Shown: positions 38,288-52,213 of the stretch, piece by piece
Layout: each line of letters opens with the position of its first letter
Position numbering within the stretch: position 1 is the stretch's first letter
DNA from: Eledone cirrhosa
Taxonomy: Eukaryota
DNA length: 64,000 nt
Assembly: GCA_964016885.1 (NCBI GenBank)
Contig: OZ024746.1
Coordinates: forward strand, 11,346,001-11,410,000
Reading direction: 5' to 3'
Position numbers and translations under genes: made by a program
Notes under the pieces: model-generated
What the model was told of the DNA's origin: nothing
What the model saw: only the letters and a program-made list of their open reading frames with translations
Databases searched by the model: none

Positions 38288-39178
38288 TATTTCTATTTGT
38301 TTCAGTAATTCGAAGATCATGTATTAAACATATTTTTTGTGTGTTTTTCTATGAGGTGTGCCTGTTGTGGTGTTAACTTTAATGTCTGAATAACTTGTGA
38401 AATAAAGGTAGAAACCCAATTATTCGCTCTCGCGGTAATTCCAAAAGTTGTTTTTCACATAACTAGTTTACCTACCTTCCATAATTTTGTTAAATATTGT
38501 TTATGGAATAAAATGTTTAATTCAAGTCTTTTTCTTTTTTCTTCAAAATGTTAGACAAACATTTTAGCTGTCCACTTAGCTGGCAAATAGAAGTGTTCTA
38601 AAGCAGAACCTTGTCACAAGACTGAAGCACAAAGGAGACGGCTAGTTTTAAAATGCTCAAAATATGTTGTATGTCATGACGGCTTCCTCGCGACCGCATC
38701 AGGAGTGCAAGGCTCGCAATGAATAATTAAAAAGCATACATGATTTCAATGTTTGTAAGAACTTCTGGTATAACTTTATAACAAAGGAACTCCAAGTTTC
38801 ACCCTTCCAAAATCTGGCGCTACTCTTCCTACCAAACTATGAAGCCCATATCTTGAAAGTTTGAGTAATGTAAGGTTAATGTTATCAAAATTCCGCAAAT
38901 CTATGAAATATCTAGCCGTTAAAGAAATAGAATTTACATAGCGTTTTTAAGCAAACCACTTCACTTCACATTTCTGTAGTCTACTCAGCTGAGTAGTAGA
39001 AGCAGCATTTAGGTGTTAACTGAAGAATAGACTTGCGACCCTTCCGGGCAAGAACTTGTTCTTTCATTCGCTTATCGTCAATGAAACCTTCGGCCTGGTG
39101 ACCCCGAATATACAGAAGCGGATCAGGTGCCATGTTCCCCCCCCCCCCCGAAGCACGACTTAAATTATCCCGTTTCAC

Positions 39179-39451
39179 CAGAGGTTCCCAAACTTTTTTT
39201 TTACAAACGGCGTATGTTTAAAACGTTTTTATACATATTAGCATAACACAGTTAAAATACTCTAGGCCCATTTTTCGCAAATCTTATTACATTATCAAAC
39301 TCTGTTTGCTACTTTGACAGTTGTATATGAACTTTCATATGAATTTCGGTTTGTATTTTTCACATCTTAAAACATAATTTTACTTTTGCGGCGTATTAGT
39401 TACATCTGGCGGAGCAACAGTACAGGACGGAGCAGAGTTTGGAAACCACTG
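39179..39451. mobile_element. hAT-type MITE
   Basis: CAGAGGTTCCCAAACT ... AGTTTGGAAACCACTG termini. The TSD is degenerate. Confidence 0.55.
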
Positions 39452-40684
39452 GTCTAACCAATCAACTATATATAGAGACTGCTTGCAAAATTGTAGCTTT
39501 TCATCCAACATTAGAATTGTTTTATAATTTCGGTACAAGGCCAGCAATTCTGGGGAGAAGGAATAGTCGATTGTGTCAACCCTAGTACTTAACTGGTACT
39601 TATTTTATCGCTCTCAGAAAGATGAAGTCCAAAGTTGACTTCAGCGGGATTTGAACTGAGAATGTAAAGAACCGAGACGAGTACGAAGCATTAATCCACT
39701 AAGATCTCATGACTCTGCCAATCCTTCACCCAAATTTAAGATTTAATAAATGTAATTTGTAGGAGGAGGACACTTGAGTGTTTTAATGAAAAGAACTCCT
39801 GTCATATCCTACAATTACAACTCACACGTGTGTAGGTGTAGCTGGACCCTACCAGATTGCATGTCATATATTTTTTGGAGGGGTGTTTAAAGTCTCTTGC
39901 TTATGTTGTCACAGCTCACACCGGTGTATATGTAGCTGGCCTCCTCTGAGAAGGTTTTTCTTCTCCGGTGTTTCAGCGATAGGAGGCTCCCAGTCTGGGA
40001 ATTGAACCCACATCCTTTATGACAGTGAATCCAATACCTCAGAGAGGGCGGGAGAGAAAGATCTGGGAGTGTAGAGAGGAACTGAAGGGGAAAAGGGTTA
40101 TGATGATGGTGACAGATCAGGGAAGGGCTTGGCGGGAGCAGGGGGCAATGATCGATAAAATAAGTAAATTACTATTTTATGGTGGCTCCAGTTGTATAAT
40201 TTAGTGGACGGTGTATTGGGTTCTTAATTAATTGAAATTTCCATCTTAGTTGAAGAAAGAAAATAAAAGACAACGGTACTTGGTAGTGGGTCTCTAAGAG
40301 AGGGGGAGATAATTTTAAAAAATTTATTTATATATTTACAGGGGAATATTTTTGTTTTTTTGTTTGTTTTGTGTGTGTGTGTGCGGGGGGTTTTAGGGGG
40401 GGGGTCAGGCAGTGAGACAGTTAAATGTAGAAAGGTTACGAAGAAAGCTGGCTAAAAATATTTTGCACAATTAAAGATAAAATGATCTAAGGGAAATAAC
40501 TCGGGGATCGATTTTGATAAATAAGTAAAGGGAATTATGTCGTATAGTATTCCAACCATCGACACTTTTCTAGGGTATTAAGATCTGTTAGAATTTTACC
40601 AACGTAGTCCTACCAAAGCAGAACAATATTATAAACAGATTATATCTTCGATTTTGTTCCACGGCTAGCAATAAAAGCATTTGC

Positions 40685-40935
40685 TGTATGCATGGAGGCG
40701 CGCGGGCTATTCGATTCCTGGGCTGGGTTGTGTGTTGTATTCTTGAGCAAAACACTTCATTTCACGTTGCTCCAGTATAGTGAGCTGAAAATGAGTACCA
40801 ACAATAGCTGGCGATTTAACCTTGCGATGGACTGGCGCTCTGTCCATGCATATGGGAGTCTTGTACCCTCAGTCGCTTCACGTCACGAAACCGGGATAAG
40901 CACCGGTCTGGCGAGTCTCCTGGCTTGAGACAGAC
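40685..40935 (+). mobile_element. tRNA-derived CORE/V-type SINE
   Basis: TTCGATTCC B-box-like motif, TCTTGAGCAAAACACTT, AAATGAGTACC and GCGATGGACTGGCG, which are typical conserved SINE central-domain motifs. Confidence 0.6.
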
Positions 40936-41714
40936 TTAAGACTAGACCAGATTATTCTGTCAACAAACTTTCGATAATTTTAATAACATAGTCACAATGG
41001 GAATCAAAAACTTTTACTATGACTGGACTGCAAACCTGTGCACCATACTGTTGCCGACGAGAAATTTAGGAGGGATTTGATTATCAGCAGATGAATATAA
41101 GAGAGTGGATGACGGTAAAGTACCTAAATTCAGGACATCTAGAAATTCTTGTTAAAAATAACTAACCACCTCTTATTTATTAACTTCCAAGACATGACAT
41201 AACATTTAGAACTGTCTTCGTATTCTAAAGAAATACAATAACGTCCTCGTGTTTCAATTATTCTCCTATATACACTTACATTCGTTTACCAGTGTAAATG
41301 GTTACAACACGTGGTTGATATAATTGTTTCTACTTTAGACACAAGGCCAGCAATTACTCAGTACATTACTGGTACTTTATTTTATCGACCCCGTATGGAT
41401 GAAAGGTAGAGTTAACCTTGGCGGGATTTGAACTCAGATTGTAAAGTGACGTAACTATGGTGGAAGGGACGTAACTATGGTGGAAAGCCTGTCCGACCCT
41501 TTACCGATACTGACAATATATGTTAAGTAAATAACATATTTTTTCATTCCCTTTCCTTAAATTATCATCAATTATGTTTAGAAATGTTCAAATAAAATTT
41601 AATTCATTAATAAAAATGTTTTAATTTAATATTAATTGTAATTTGAATCAAAATTTTCATAATTACTGAAAGTACGAAAAGGTGTACAATCTATTCTGTA
41701 TAGTTAACATAAAC

Positions 41715-42351
41715 ATGGCGGGCATAATAGAAGATATTCGCACGCGGTTAACGTTGAAAGAGCATGCAGTTGATAATACACACAGTACTGATTTCCCTGG
41801 ATCGTATGTAGGTTATGATGACTCTCTAAATCTGAAAAACTTCAAAAAGAACTTTAGAGTCGACATAATTCGTCTTTGTGATGAGTTTTTAGAATTTGAT
41901 ATGGTCGGTATTGATGCCGCTATTGTGAATGCATTCCGACGTATCTTGATATCCGAGGTACCAACGATGGCTGTTGAGAAAGTTTTTGTCAATAATAATA
42001 CTTCCATCATACAAGACGAAGTACTAGCTCATAGACTTGGTCTGATCCCAATATATGCAGACCCCCGTCTGTTCGAGTACGTGAGTGAAGGGGATGTGAA
42101 CGGAACTCCTAGTGACACTATTGTTTTTGATCTGAAGATAAAATGTACCAAAAATCCCAACGCTGACACCACAGATCCCGATGACTTATATATAAACCAC
42201 AAAGTTTACAGTCGACATATGAAGTGGGTACCGATTGGAAATCAAGCAGATCTGTTCAAAGAAGGAGACATACGTCCTGTTGATGACGATATTCTTATAG
42301 CGAAACTTAGACCTGGTCAAAAACTCGATTTAAGAATGCAGTGCATTAAAG
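41715..42351 (+). CDS. POLR1C: RNA polymerase I/III subunit RPAC1 (AC40), coding exon 1
   Basis: ATG at 41715. Motifs: [70 protein letters not shown]. Donor G|GTGAGT at 42352 (phase 1). Confidence 0.95.
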
Positions 42352-43977
42352 GTGAGTTATATTTTTCCCAATAATTCTTAACATTTCCGTAAGAAACTGG
42401 ACTAACTCTAACAGAGATAATGATGGCTTGGTCAGGGCTGGATAAACCAATAAGCAAACTAGGCACATACTTAGGGCATCAAGGAAAAGGAGTACCATTT
42501 TATTGAAATCAAATGCATTTATCATTCCCCAAAAATATATATATTTGCTAAGGGAGAGGGACACTATAATCTTCTAAGTGACTTAAGACCTCAAAAGGAC
42601 TTAATCCGGCTCTGATACTGAACATTCCAGTTGCTTCTTACCCGACGTGCTATGTTTTTACTACAACTAACCCAGTACTAATGAGATAACTAAGGTAACA
42701 AACTTCAACGATCTCTACTGCCAACTATTCCTGTAAATGTAGTATATTTAAATCCTTGTTAAGTCACCTAACCAGAGATCTTCAGAGTGTTGGGGAGAGG
42801 AGAGTAGCTCTATTGTTAACTGATTACCAGTTTTGTCTTTACCTTCATCTGAACTGCAAAGGTAACCACTTTGCATCAAACAACCTGCAAACTCTCCCAC
42901 CACACAAACTGCAGCTAATCCTTTTAGTCACTTGCCAGATTCTCACAATGAAAGCCTCAACATTCATTGCCCACTTTGCATCCAACTCCACACTGCACAT
43001 ATTAAATTATCCCTTTCTACTCCATTAGATTCACTACCATGCACACCGTGTGAAAGCACCTCCAGTTATGACAATGTCCTTTCATTCAAGGCACTCTAGA
43101 AGTAGCCCCTGTTCTCGCCAACATGGGTTAGATGAGTTGTTCCATTGTGAGACAAGTCAGATCAGGTGACTGTCTTGCTCATTCAGAACAGTTTCTGGCT
43201 TGGATACCCTTCCTTATACCAACCACATTTACAGTGGACTGGGTGCTTTTTATCATGGCACAAACAAGACCACTTTACAGTGTAGACTGGGTGTTTTTTG
43301 TTGTGGCACCAAAACAACCACTTTACAATCTGGACTGGGCACTTTTTGCTGTGTCACCAATAGGACCACTTTACACTGTGGACTGGGTTTTTTCTTTTTG
43401 TTATGCCACCAACATGACCGCTTTGCAGGGTGGACTGGGTGCTTTTTGTCATGCCACCAGCACTACCACTCTGCAATGAGGCTTTGGTGCTCTTCTGTCA
43501 TGTTATCTTACAGGGAGGACTAGGTGCTCTTTTATTGTGACACCAACATGAGCACCTTACATGGTGGACTAGGAGCTTTTGTTGTGTCACCATCATGACC
43601 ACTTTATAGTGTGGGCTGAAAACTTTTAGCCATTTCAGCAACATTATGGGAGAGCCTATTCAGCTTTCCATGCTTGTATACATGAGTTGGTCAAGAGAGA
43701 TGCATCAGATGCGAATTAGAGTGGTAGGTCTAGGGTGGGATACTTAGCAGAGTTTTGACTGCACTTCTAATTAAGAACTAAACTTTGCCTTTTATTTTCA
43801 TTGATCAACACATACATGACACTAGCTCGTTTAGAATGCTCAACAGAATCCAGTATGATGAAAGCCTACTACAAAAATAAGAACTCTCATCATCTAATCT
43901 CGTTGGAATTACTTCAAGACTACAAGTTCTAACAATGTTATTGGCCTTACCATGGACAGGTAGATAACAGTATATAT

Positions 43978-45080
43978 ATCATCATCACGATTTAACATCT
44001 ATTTTTCCATGCTAGCATGGGTTAGACGAGCTATCCCATTGTGAGGCAAGTCAGATCAGCTAAGTATATGTTACTCATAAGGAACTATTTTTGGCTTGGT
44101 TTCTAGGGCTGGGTGCCCTTCCTAACACTAACTGCATTTGCAGTGTGGACTGGGCACCTTTTGTTGTGACACCTACACAACCATTCTGCAGTGTGAACTG
44201 GGGGCTGGGTATTGGAGAGGTAAATCTAGGGTGAGGCACTTGTCTAGTGAAGGATGGAGGTGTAGGGATGTGAATGAAGGTTGGTGTGTTATGACATGGG
44301 CGGTGTATGGAAGTAGTGCGTATAAGATGTATGCTTTAACCATGCATATGAGAAAACAGGTCTTCTGTATTACTGCATAACACTAGAGATCTCAATCTTG
44401 TGTCATCGCCTTAGAGAGATGCAATTGTGCAAGGTCAGCTTTTATCACCTCATCCCAAATCTTCCTAGGTCTTCCTCTTCCATAGCTTCCATCAACTTTG
44501 AGTGCTTTGCACCTATTTATACAGCTGTTATCCTTTATACTCATCACATGTCCATATCAATGCAATCTCCTCTACTGCACACTGCATCTGATCCCTCTTA
44601 TACCTAGTTTCTCTCTTAGTCCATTAATGCTTTGCTGTTTATGTATATATTACTATAACACATCCACTGGAGCATACCAGCTTCATTTCTTTCCAATCTT
44701 CACAGTGCTCAGGTCTCACTACCACGCAACATTGCTGTTTGTATACACGCATCATGCAATCTGCCCTTCATTTTGAGGCAAAAATCTTTTGTAGTTACCA
44801 GCAGTAGTAGCTCTGACTACTGTACTTTTGGGACATCCACCTCCACTGCTAATTTGGTTGCCCAGGTAACAAACTATCCACTACTTCTACCGAACCAACT
44901 GGGCATTTAAAGGAGCTGGTATCCTGTGGGCTCTTGCTATTTAGAGCACCTGTGCAATGACCACATATAAAATCTGCGTTCTTTACTAGTCTACCTGAAC
45001 CCCCACTACATCTCTTGTGTGCCCATAGTTTACATTTGGGGCATAGGCTAGAATTTCTATCTACTCATTTCCTGTACATT
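43978..45080 (-). mobile_element. Decayed RTE-clade LINE 3' portion in the POLR1C intron
   Basis: Colinear with 59685-60800. Other pieces are at 50650-51175 (+), 51200-51600 (+), 61160-61660 (+), 43110-43620 (-) and 55595-55835 (-). Confidence 0.75.
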
Positions 45081-45084
45081 GAGG

Positions 45085-45966
45085 TAAAAATTATTTGTTG
45101 AACAATACCATGCTTGTCGAAAAAAAAATGATTATCATCGTTTTCACCCTGAATATGCTTATGCCTGCTTTCTTCGGACAAGGAGGATCTTTCATGTGCC
45201 ACTACTCACTTTGCCATTTTGTCTCTGGATCGTACTTGAACACCCATGATTCATCTGTTATTACTTTATCTAAGAATTTTGGCTCAATTTCGAGTCTTTC
45301 TAGCAAATCCTGACAAATTTCCAATTGGTTCACTTTTTGCTCCACAGATAAGTGTTTGCACAAATTTTTCACATGTGCAAATAGTCTGTTAAAATTCTGT
45401 GAACTGCATTTTTATCCAAGCTCATTTCTTCTGCAATCATCCTTACGCTTAATTGACGATCTTCCACCATCACCACTCACACTACTTCCACATTTTGTTC
45501 ATTTGTTAACTAGATTGACCTTCCAGAACGAGGTTCGTCTTCAACATTTTCTCAGCCCTATTTGAAAACTTTGTGTCACTTAAAAACCTTACTTCTCAAT
45601 AGTATGGCATTGCCATAAGCTTGTGTTAAAGATTAAATGTTTCCATGGCAGATTTGTTGAGTTTCACACAAAATTTAATTTCATACTGTTGTTTGATGTT
45701 TTCCTGAATAGATTTTGCTGCTGTGCTTGCATTGACACCTTTATGAAACTCATAGAGTAAAACATTTCTAATATGATCTTTAGATGGGGCAAACATGAGT
45801 GCAAATGTTGCTGACAATTATGAACAAAACATAGATAATCTGAAAGAAAAAGGTATAAATTAGTCACAGAGACATCTCTAAACTATAACAAGAGGCACAA
45901 TTTATATAAATTCTCTCTGAAACATTCTTCCTATAAATCGGACATTACTTTTGCACCAACCTGATA
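45085..45966 (-). mobile_element. Decayed mariner transposon fragment interrupting the RTE copy
   Basis: TIR-like TATCAGGTTGGTGCAAAAGTAAT on the minus strand at the right end. Peptides KDHIRNVLLYEFHKG and ITDESWVFKYDPETKWQS are mariner-transposase-like. Confidence 0.75.
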
Positions 45967-47991
45967 GAACTGTCAAAATTCCTTCAAATGTTAGTAGTCT
46001 TCACTATGACTGGTTCTCTTACTACCCACTATTCCTGCCTACAATCTCACTACACCTCTTGTGTACTCATCACCTTACATTGTGTACATGATATAGAGTT
46101 CCTTCTACCTACTTCTTGTCTACATATCGTGCACGGTCACTTGCCTGATGGAATCAGTATTAGAAAAAGTTATATTATTTGTATAGATACTTACCTATGT
46201 CATCTAATCTAATCAAGCAAAAGATCATGGTATGAGAACGCCTCACTTTAATGGCCTTTATATTTCTGATATTAATATTTTATTTACAAAGTGAGTTGTA
46301 AATAAAGTCCTCACTATAAAATGATTAGCATTAGCAAGGACATCCAGCTGTAGAAACCAAGCTAAAAAGGGTTCTATGATACAAGGTTGGTTATTTTGAA
46401 GTGTTTTTATATATCTAAAACATTTACATCATAAATTCTATGTAAGAACCTTTGGAAACTTGTTTTGAACACTAGCTTGATAATAAGAAAGTTATTTATA
46501 TTACTAAATCTCTTGAAATTGAAATATGGTAATAAAAGTGTGAAATCCAACTTGATTGGCATGAGTTTGGGTTGGGGTTTGGTTACATACTCTTCTAAGG
46601 ATTAAATCTTGGAGCATCTAACCTTAATTCTAAAGACTCTAGGTAATTGTCTCATAGAAAGTTTCAGCAGATTTAATTAAAATGTCCAACTGAATATGAC
46701 ATTGAACTAACGACTCAATGGTCTGGCAAGCTGAGATGGTATTTTGACACCTGGACTAGTAGGAGAGTACTGTAATGTGCATGAGAGCTGTGGGTATGAG
46801 CATGGGTGAAGCTAATCATGTGAAGATCTAAATAATAGGTGTTGTGTTTTATTTTGAGCACATTTAATTCTAGTAGGAATTTCCAGTTTAACGTTTGTGG
46901 ATGTTAATTGCAAAAAGAGGTTGAGTTAACTCATTAGTATTTCAACCGGCCATATCCGGCCAAAATTCTCTCACCTCTTTGTGTTCAAACCGGCCATTTC
47001 CGGCCCCTTATGCCAACATTAAGGTATTGTTCTCAAAATAAATAATATCAAAATCCCATAGATTCGATATTATGTGAGATAAAACCTTTACCGCAAAAAT
47101 ACAATAGGAAATATAGAGTAATCTAAATGCTAAAGGGTTAAAAGAGTGTATAAGATTCCAATTCCTCATCTGTGATTTCAAATTCCTTGCAGATGTTTCA
47201 TTCTATTTTTGATCAAATCACTATAGATTATATATTGCCTCAGTTTACCTAGCTGCCAAGAAGAGATTATTATCATCTGAGAATGTTACATTAAATAGAT
47301 TGACATCTAGGAAGAGATGTGTCTCTTGTTAGCTAAATATAGTGAAGCTGCAGCCAAGCACCATCTCTTAGAAGAGTTTAGAAGATGTTTCTATTTCCTG
47401 GCTGTCACAGTTTATTTCACTCTAACATTACTGGTATTGTACTTTGCCTCTGACAAAAACTTTTACCTCCTGGGGATGCTCAGCTCACTATTATAATTAA
47501 TGAACGATTAGTACTACAGAAGACTCACCTCTTCACATGAGCAGAATGATATAAGTATAGAAGGGATGGTAAATGAAGAGTTAGAGAGGGTTCTCTCTGT
47601 CAGTATATTCTCAATCTCCCCCTAGTCAATCCACACCCTTTAGGCCTACTCCACTCTTTATCCTGCCCATACCACCATAGTCCCCCATACCTTAGTCTTC
47701 CCCCACACTAGTGTTTTATCAGTTTGCATTGTAATTCTTCTATGGGTTTGGCATGGAAAGAAATAGGCTTCTGGCATGTCAGGTCAACATAAATTGGTTT
47801 ACAAAGACAAATTGGTTCTAGAACATAAAATGATGATTAAATAAGCTTTTCTAATTGGTTCCATGTCAACTTTTAGGTAAAACCCATGCTATAATTTTCT
47901 GAGATTTGGAATTATTAATCTTTTATCAAAGCCCAATTTTACATTTCATACACATATCTTTGATATTTCATCTTTTCTTTTTCTATCAAAG

Positions 47992-48371
47992 GTATTGGAA
48001 AGGATCATATAAAGTTTTCACCAGTGGCCACTGCATCTTACCGTTTGCTGCCTGAATTAATTCTATTAAACCCAGTGTTTGGAGATCAGGCTCACCGCTT
48101 ACAAGCTTGTTTCTCACCAGGTGTCATAGAAATTGATATAATAGATGGTGTAGAAAAAGCCAGAGTGGCTCATGCCAGGAAAGACACTTGCAGCCGTGAA
48201 GTTCTGCGCCATGATGACCTAAAAAACTTTGTCCGCCTTAATAAAGTGCGAGATCATTTCATTTTCTCTGTAGAATCAACTGGTGCTTTAGCTGCTAATA
48301 TCCTCTTCACAGAAGCAGTAAATATTCTAATGAAAAAATGTCAGACATTTCTTGGTAAAATGAAAACTTAA
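47992..48371 (+). CDS. POLR1C: RNA polymerase I/III subunit RPAC1 (AC40), coding exon 2
   Basis: A polypyrimidine tract and AG end at 47991. The phase-1 join gives GIGKDHIKFSPVATASYRLLP...DHFIFSVESTGAL. TAA ends at 48371 and AATAAA is at 48401. Spliced CDS is 1017 nt (338 aa). Confidence 0.94.
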
Positions 48372-51300
48372 CTATTTATAGTAAAAAAAAAAAAAAGCTC
48401 AATAAAAGAAAGTATTCATTTCCATTGTTGTTGTGTTTATATTTGTTATGGACTGAGGCAGTAGAGCATACAGTTTAATGGTTCAATGCATTATAATATT
48501 TAACTCTCACCCCTCTCTCTCTCGTTGACTATGTCTTTATTGCTCCTACATCTGTTAAAATGACAGTATGGACAAGATAAATATCTACTATACTGTATTA
48601 CAATCAACTTATCTATGAGTCACAGTATTTTAATATTAGATTTCATCTGTACATCTTATCTTTCTATGGTTTTCTCCACTATTTAATGCAATGTTTAACA
48701 AAAATAGATATATATCAGTAATATAATCCTTTCTACTTTAGTCACTAGGTCAACAATTTGAAGGTAGGGGAAATCAATTGAATCAACCCCAGTACATTAC
48801 TAGTACTATATTTTATCAACCCCGTAAGGATGAAAGGCACAGTTAACCTCAGCGGGATTTGAACTCAGAACATAAAGTGCTGTAACTATATGCCACAAAG
48901 CCATAAATATTGCAGCCCAATGCTCCACCGATACTGCCAATCCACCGGTTAACTATACTGTTCCACACTTCAAACATTGTTTTTGTGCAGAAATAGTAAA
49001 TTCTTTTCTGCAAAAGAAATTACTATTTATGCTGCATTTCTATTAAACCATAAAATGTAGGTTTTCTTTGGTCACAGTAACTACATTAGCAAGACATTCT
49101 TGAAAAGTATAAAATGCATCACATTTACAATTACCATGATTGGTAAGGAATGTGAAATAAAGTGCCTCACTCGAGGACTAAACATGCTACCTAGTCTGAG
49201 GATTAAACTTACAACCTTATGATTATGAGACCAACTCTTTTGATACCAGCCAGCCCAAAACCTCCCATTTTAAAGGGTTCCTACTTAGTCTCTGTCACTT
49301 TACACTAAATGAAACTGGGATTAGCTCAAGCCTATAAACTCAAGAAAAACATGTTTTTCAATTGATTTGACCTTAAAACTCAAAGATAAAATGTTCAGCA
49401 AAGCTTCATTACCCTAAAGTATTGTGAAAAACATTGTTAATAAATTTAGATAAATCACATCAATTCCAAAAGTTTTTGTGTCAGTTATTAAGGTCATTAA
49501 ACTGTACAATTGTAATTGCAACAATTTATGTAGATCTTCGTATTTTTTAAACCCTTTTAACCCTTTAGTATTTACATTACTCTATATTTACTATTCTATT
49601 TTCACGGTAAACACTTTATTTTTATATTATTTATTTTGAGAACAATAACTTAACATAAGTAGGAGCAGACAGATGAGAGAATTCTGACCAGATACAGCCA
49701 GTTTAAATGCAAAAGGGTTAAGTTGGAATTTTGCTATTTTCATTGTTTTGCTTTTAACATAGGTAGAATGAAAAGAAAAAAAAGAAAAATTATTGGAATT
49801 TACTTTCTTCAGAAATATTTCAACAATAATCTTCAAGGACATCTCTCTAGGCCAGATATCTACTGATAACAAAACCGTCAGAAATTATCTAATATATTAG
49901 ACTATAATTGAACTATTTATATAATTTCTAGTGAGTAATCTCTTCTTTCACCCTTGGAATGCCAAAAATATTCACACTGAATTAAATAGTAAACTGATAT
50001 ATGTATATTTATATGTGGAGAACAACCTTCTTTTTATACGTGTGTTGTTAAAGATGACTATTTTCAAGTTTCAATTTCTTTATTCTAGTATTTTCTAATA
50101 AAACCTCTGCAGTTACCAAGTCTAATTTAAACTAGCCACATCCGTCCAGAATTCTCTCACCTCTTTCTTTTTCTGTTCAAAAGTCCATAACTGACAACTC
50201 ATACTGTTAAGATAATGTTCTCAAAATAAATAATATCAAAATCTCATAGAATCGATATCATGTGAGGTAAATCCTTTACCACGATAATACAATAGTATAT
50301 ATAGAGTAATGTAAATACTAAAGGGTTAATTGGTGTATCTGGATTTTTCAGTTTCATCAGGACTGTTATTGCCATATTTTTGTTGCCTCTTTTATTGTAG
50401 GCATATATATGTATTTTATAAAGTTTTATGCAGTTCTTATTACTTTACTTGCATTCTATGGTTTTCTTACTGGAATTTGAATCTTAAAGCTTGATCATTA
50501 GACTTGTATATTGTAAGTCATGTTTCTGACGTGGTTGGCATTGTATTAGAGAAGTAAGAAATTTCTCACTGGCACTGCTGTTCACTTTTTTCTGGCTCCA
50601 GAGATGATTCTCCCAATTTTCTTAACTACCATTTATAGTGATCAACTATTGAAGGATGACAGCTGCATAAAAAGGTGCAGAGCACTAGAAGTTGATGGAA
50701 ACCGCGGAGTGGGGAGACCCAAGATGACTTGGGATGAGGTGATAAAAGCCGACCTTACCCAACTACACCTCTCAAAGTCAACGACACACGACCGTGACTT
50801 CTGGCGTCACGCAGTAATACAGGGTACCCGACCTCCCATGGGTACATGCTGAAGCATATAAACAATATGCCCCCCCCCCCCCCCCCCCCCCCCCCCCACC
50901 GCAAGGTGGTCGTGGAGGTGCCACGGCAAAAAAGCACCCAGCCCACACTGTAAAGTGGACGTGTAGGCGCCACGAAAAAGCACCCAGCACTCACTGTAAA
51001 TGAGGTTGGTGTTAGGAAGGGCATCCAGCTGTAGAAATCAAGCCAGATCAGTTCCTGTATGAGCAAGGCATGGTCAGCCGACCAGACACTGCCCACAACA
51101 GGACAACCCGTCTAACCCATGCTAGCGTGGAAGAACGGACGTAAAACGGTGATGATGATGATGATGATGATGATGAGATGACTACATTTTGAATTTTCCC
51201 AATGTTTCTTAAATGCTCAGATGGCTCTCTAGAAGTAAACAGCTTCGGTTATCTTGGTGACCAAATTAGCAATGAAAGTGGATGTTTTCAAAGTACAGTA

Positions 51301-52213
51301 ACTAGAGTGAACCAATTAGAAATGTTCTGAGCGCTACTACCACTGCTGCTTATAAAGGGTTTCTCTCTCAGGATAAAAGGTCAATTTTATGATGATTGTG
51401 AATGATAAAGTTGTATGTAAGTTAGACTTGAGCCTTGTACCTACAAAAATTGGAAAGAAATAAGGTGTGCATGCTCCAGTGGGTGCCTATTGTGGTGTAC
51501 ATGGATGTTGAAGCATCAATGAGCTGAGACATAAGAGGGACTGGATGCAGTATATAGGAGAGGTGACTGCAATAGTATGTGATGTATATGGATAATTAAA
51601 TGCAAGATAATCGAAGTTTAGGGAAGAGTTAGACTTAGGAAAATTTGGAATGATGCAATGAAGATTACCCCAAGAAAGAAATGACAAGATCGAGTTGACT
51701 GGCAACAGATAGTATGACAGAAGACTCACCGCTTCACATGAGCAGGATGAAATAAGTATAGAAGCGATGGTAAATGAAGAGGGCTATGTCTACCAGTATG
51801 TTCTCAATATCCCTGTCTGCCTTCCCTCCCATTTTCTAGTCAACCTACACCATTTAGGCTTCCCCCACTTCTTCATCCTGCCCATACCTTAGGCTTCGCC
51901 CACATTAGTCCCCCTCCACTCACATCCTTCACCATCTAACCCATGCCAGAATGGAAAAGCTGGTGCACTCTCCTCTCACCCACATCCCTAATTTACCTTT
52001 CTCTGCCCAACATGGAAAGCTGAGCATCTCCCACATTAAACTGCCAGATGTCACTCTCTTTCAAGGTAACCCATAACCTGGCACTTGCTTTCCCACAACT
52101 ACATCCTACACACAGCAAACAAGATGTTGCTCCCCACTTCTGACTCTTATCCTGCACCCCAACTCCCATCATTGCCTTCCTAGTCTGGCTGAGGACTTTA
52201 CTGTTATAATGGG

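Noticed and set aside
47515-47715. Direct repeat shared with about 51715-51910 as possible LTRs around POLR1C exon 2
   Set aside because: The copies are diverged, with no TG..CA ends, PBS or internal retroviral ORF. More likely a dispersed repeat.
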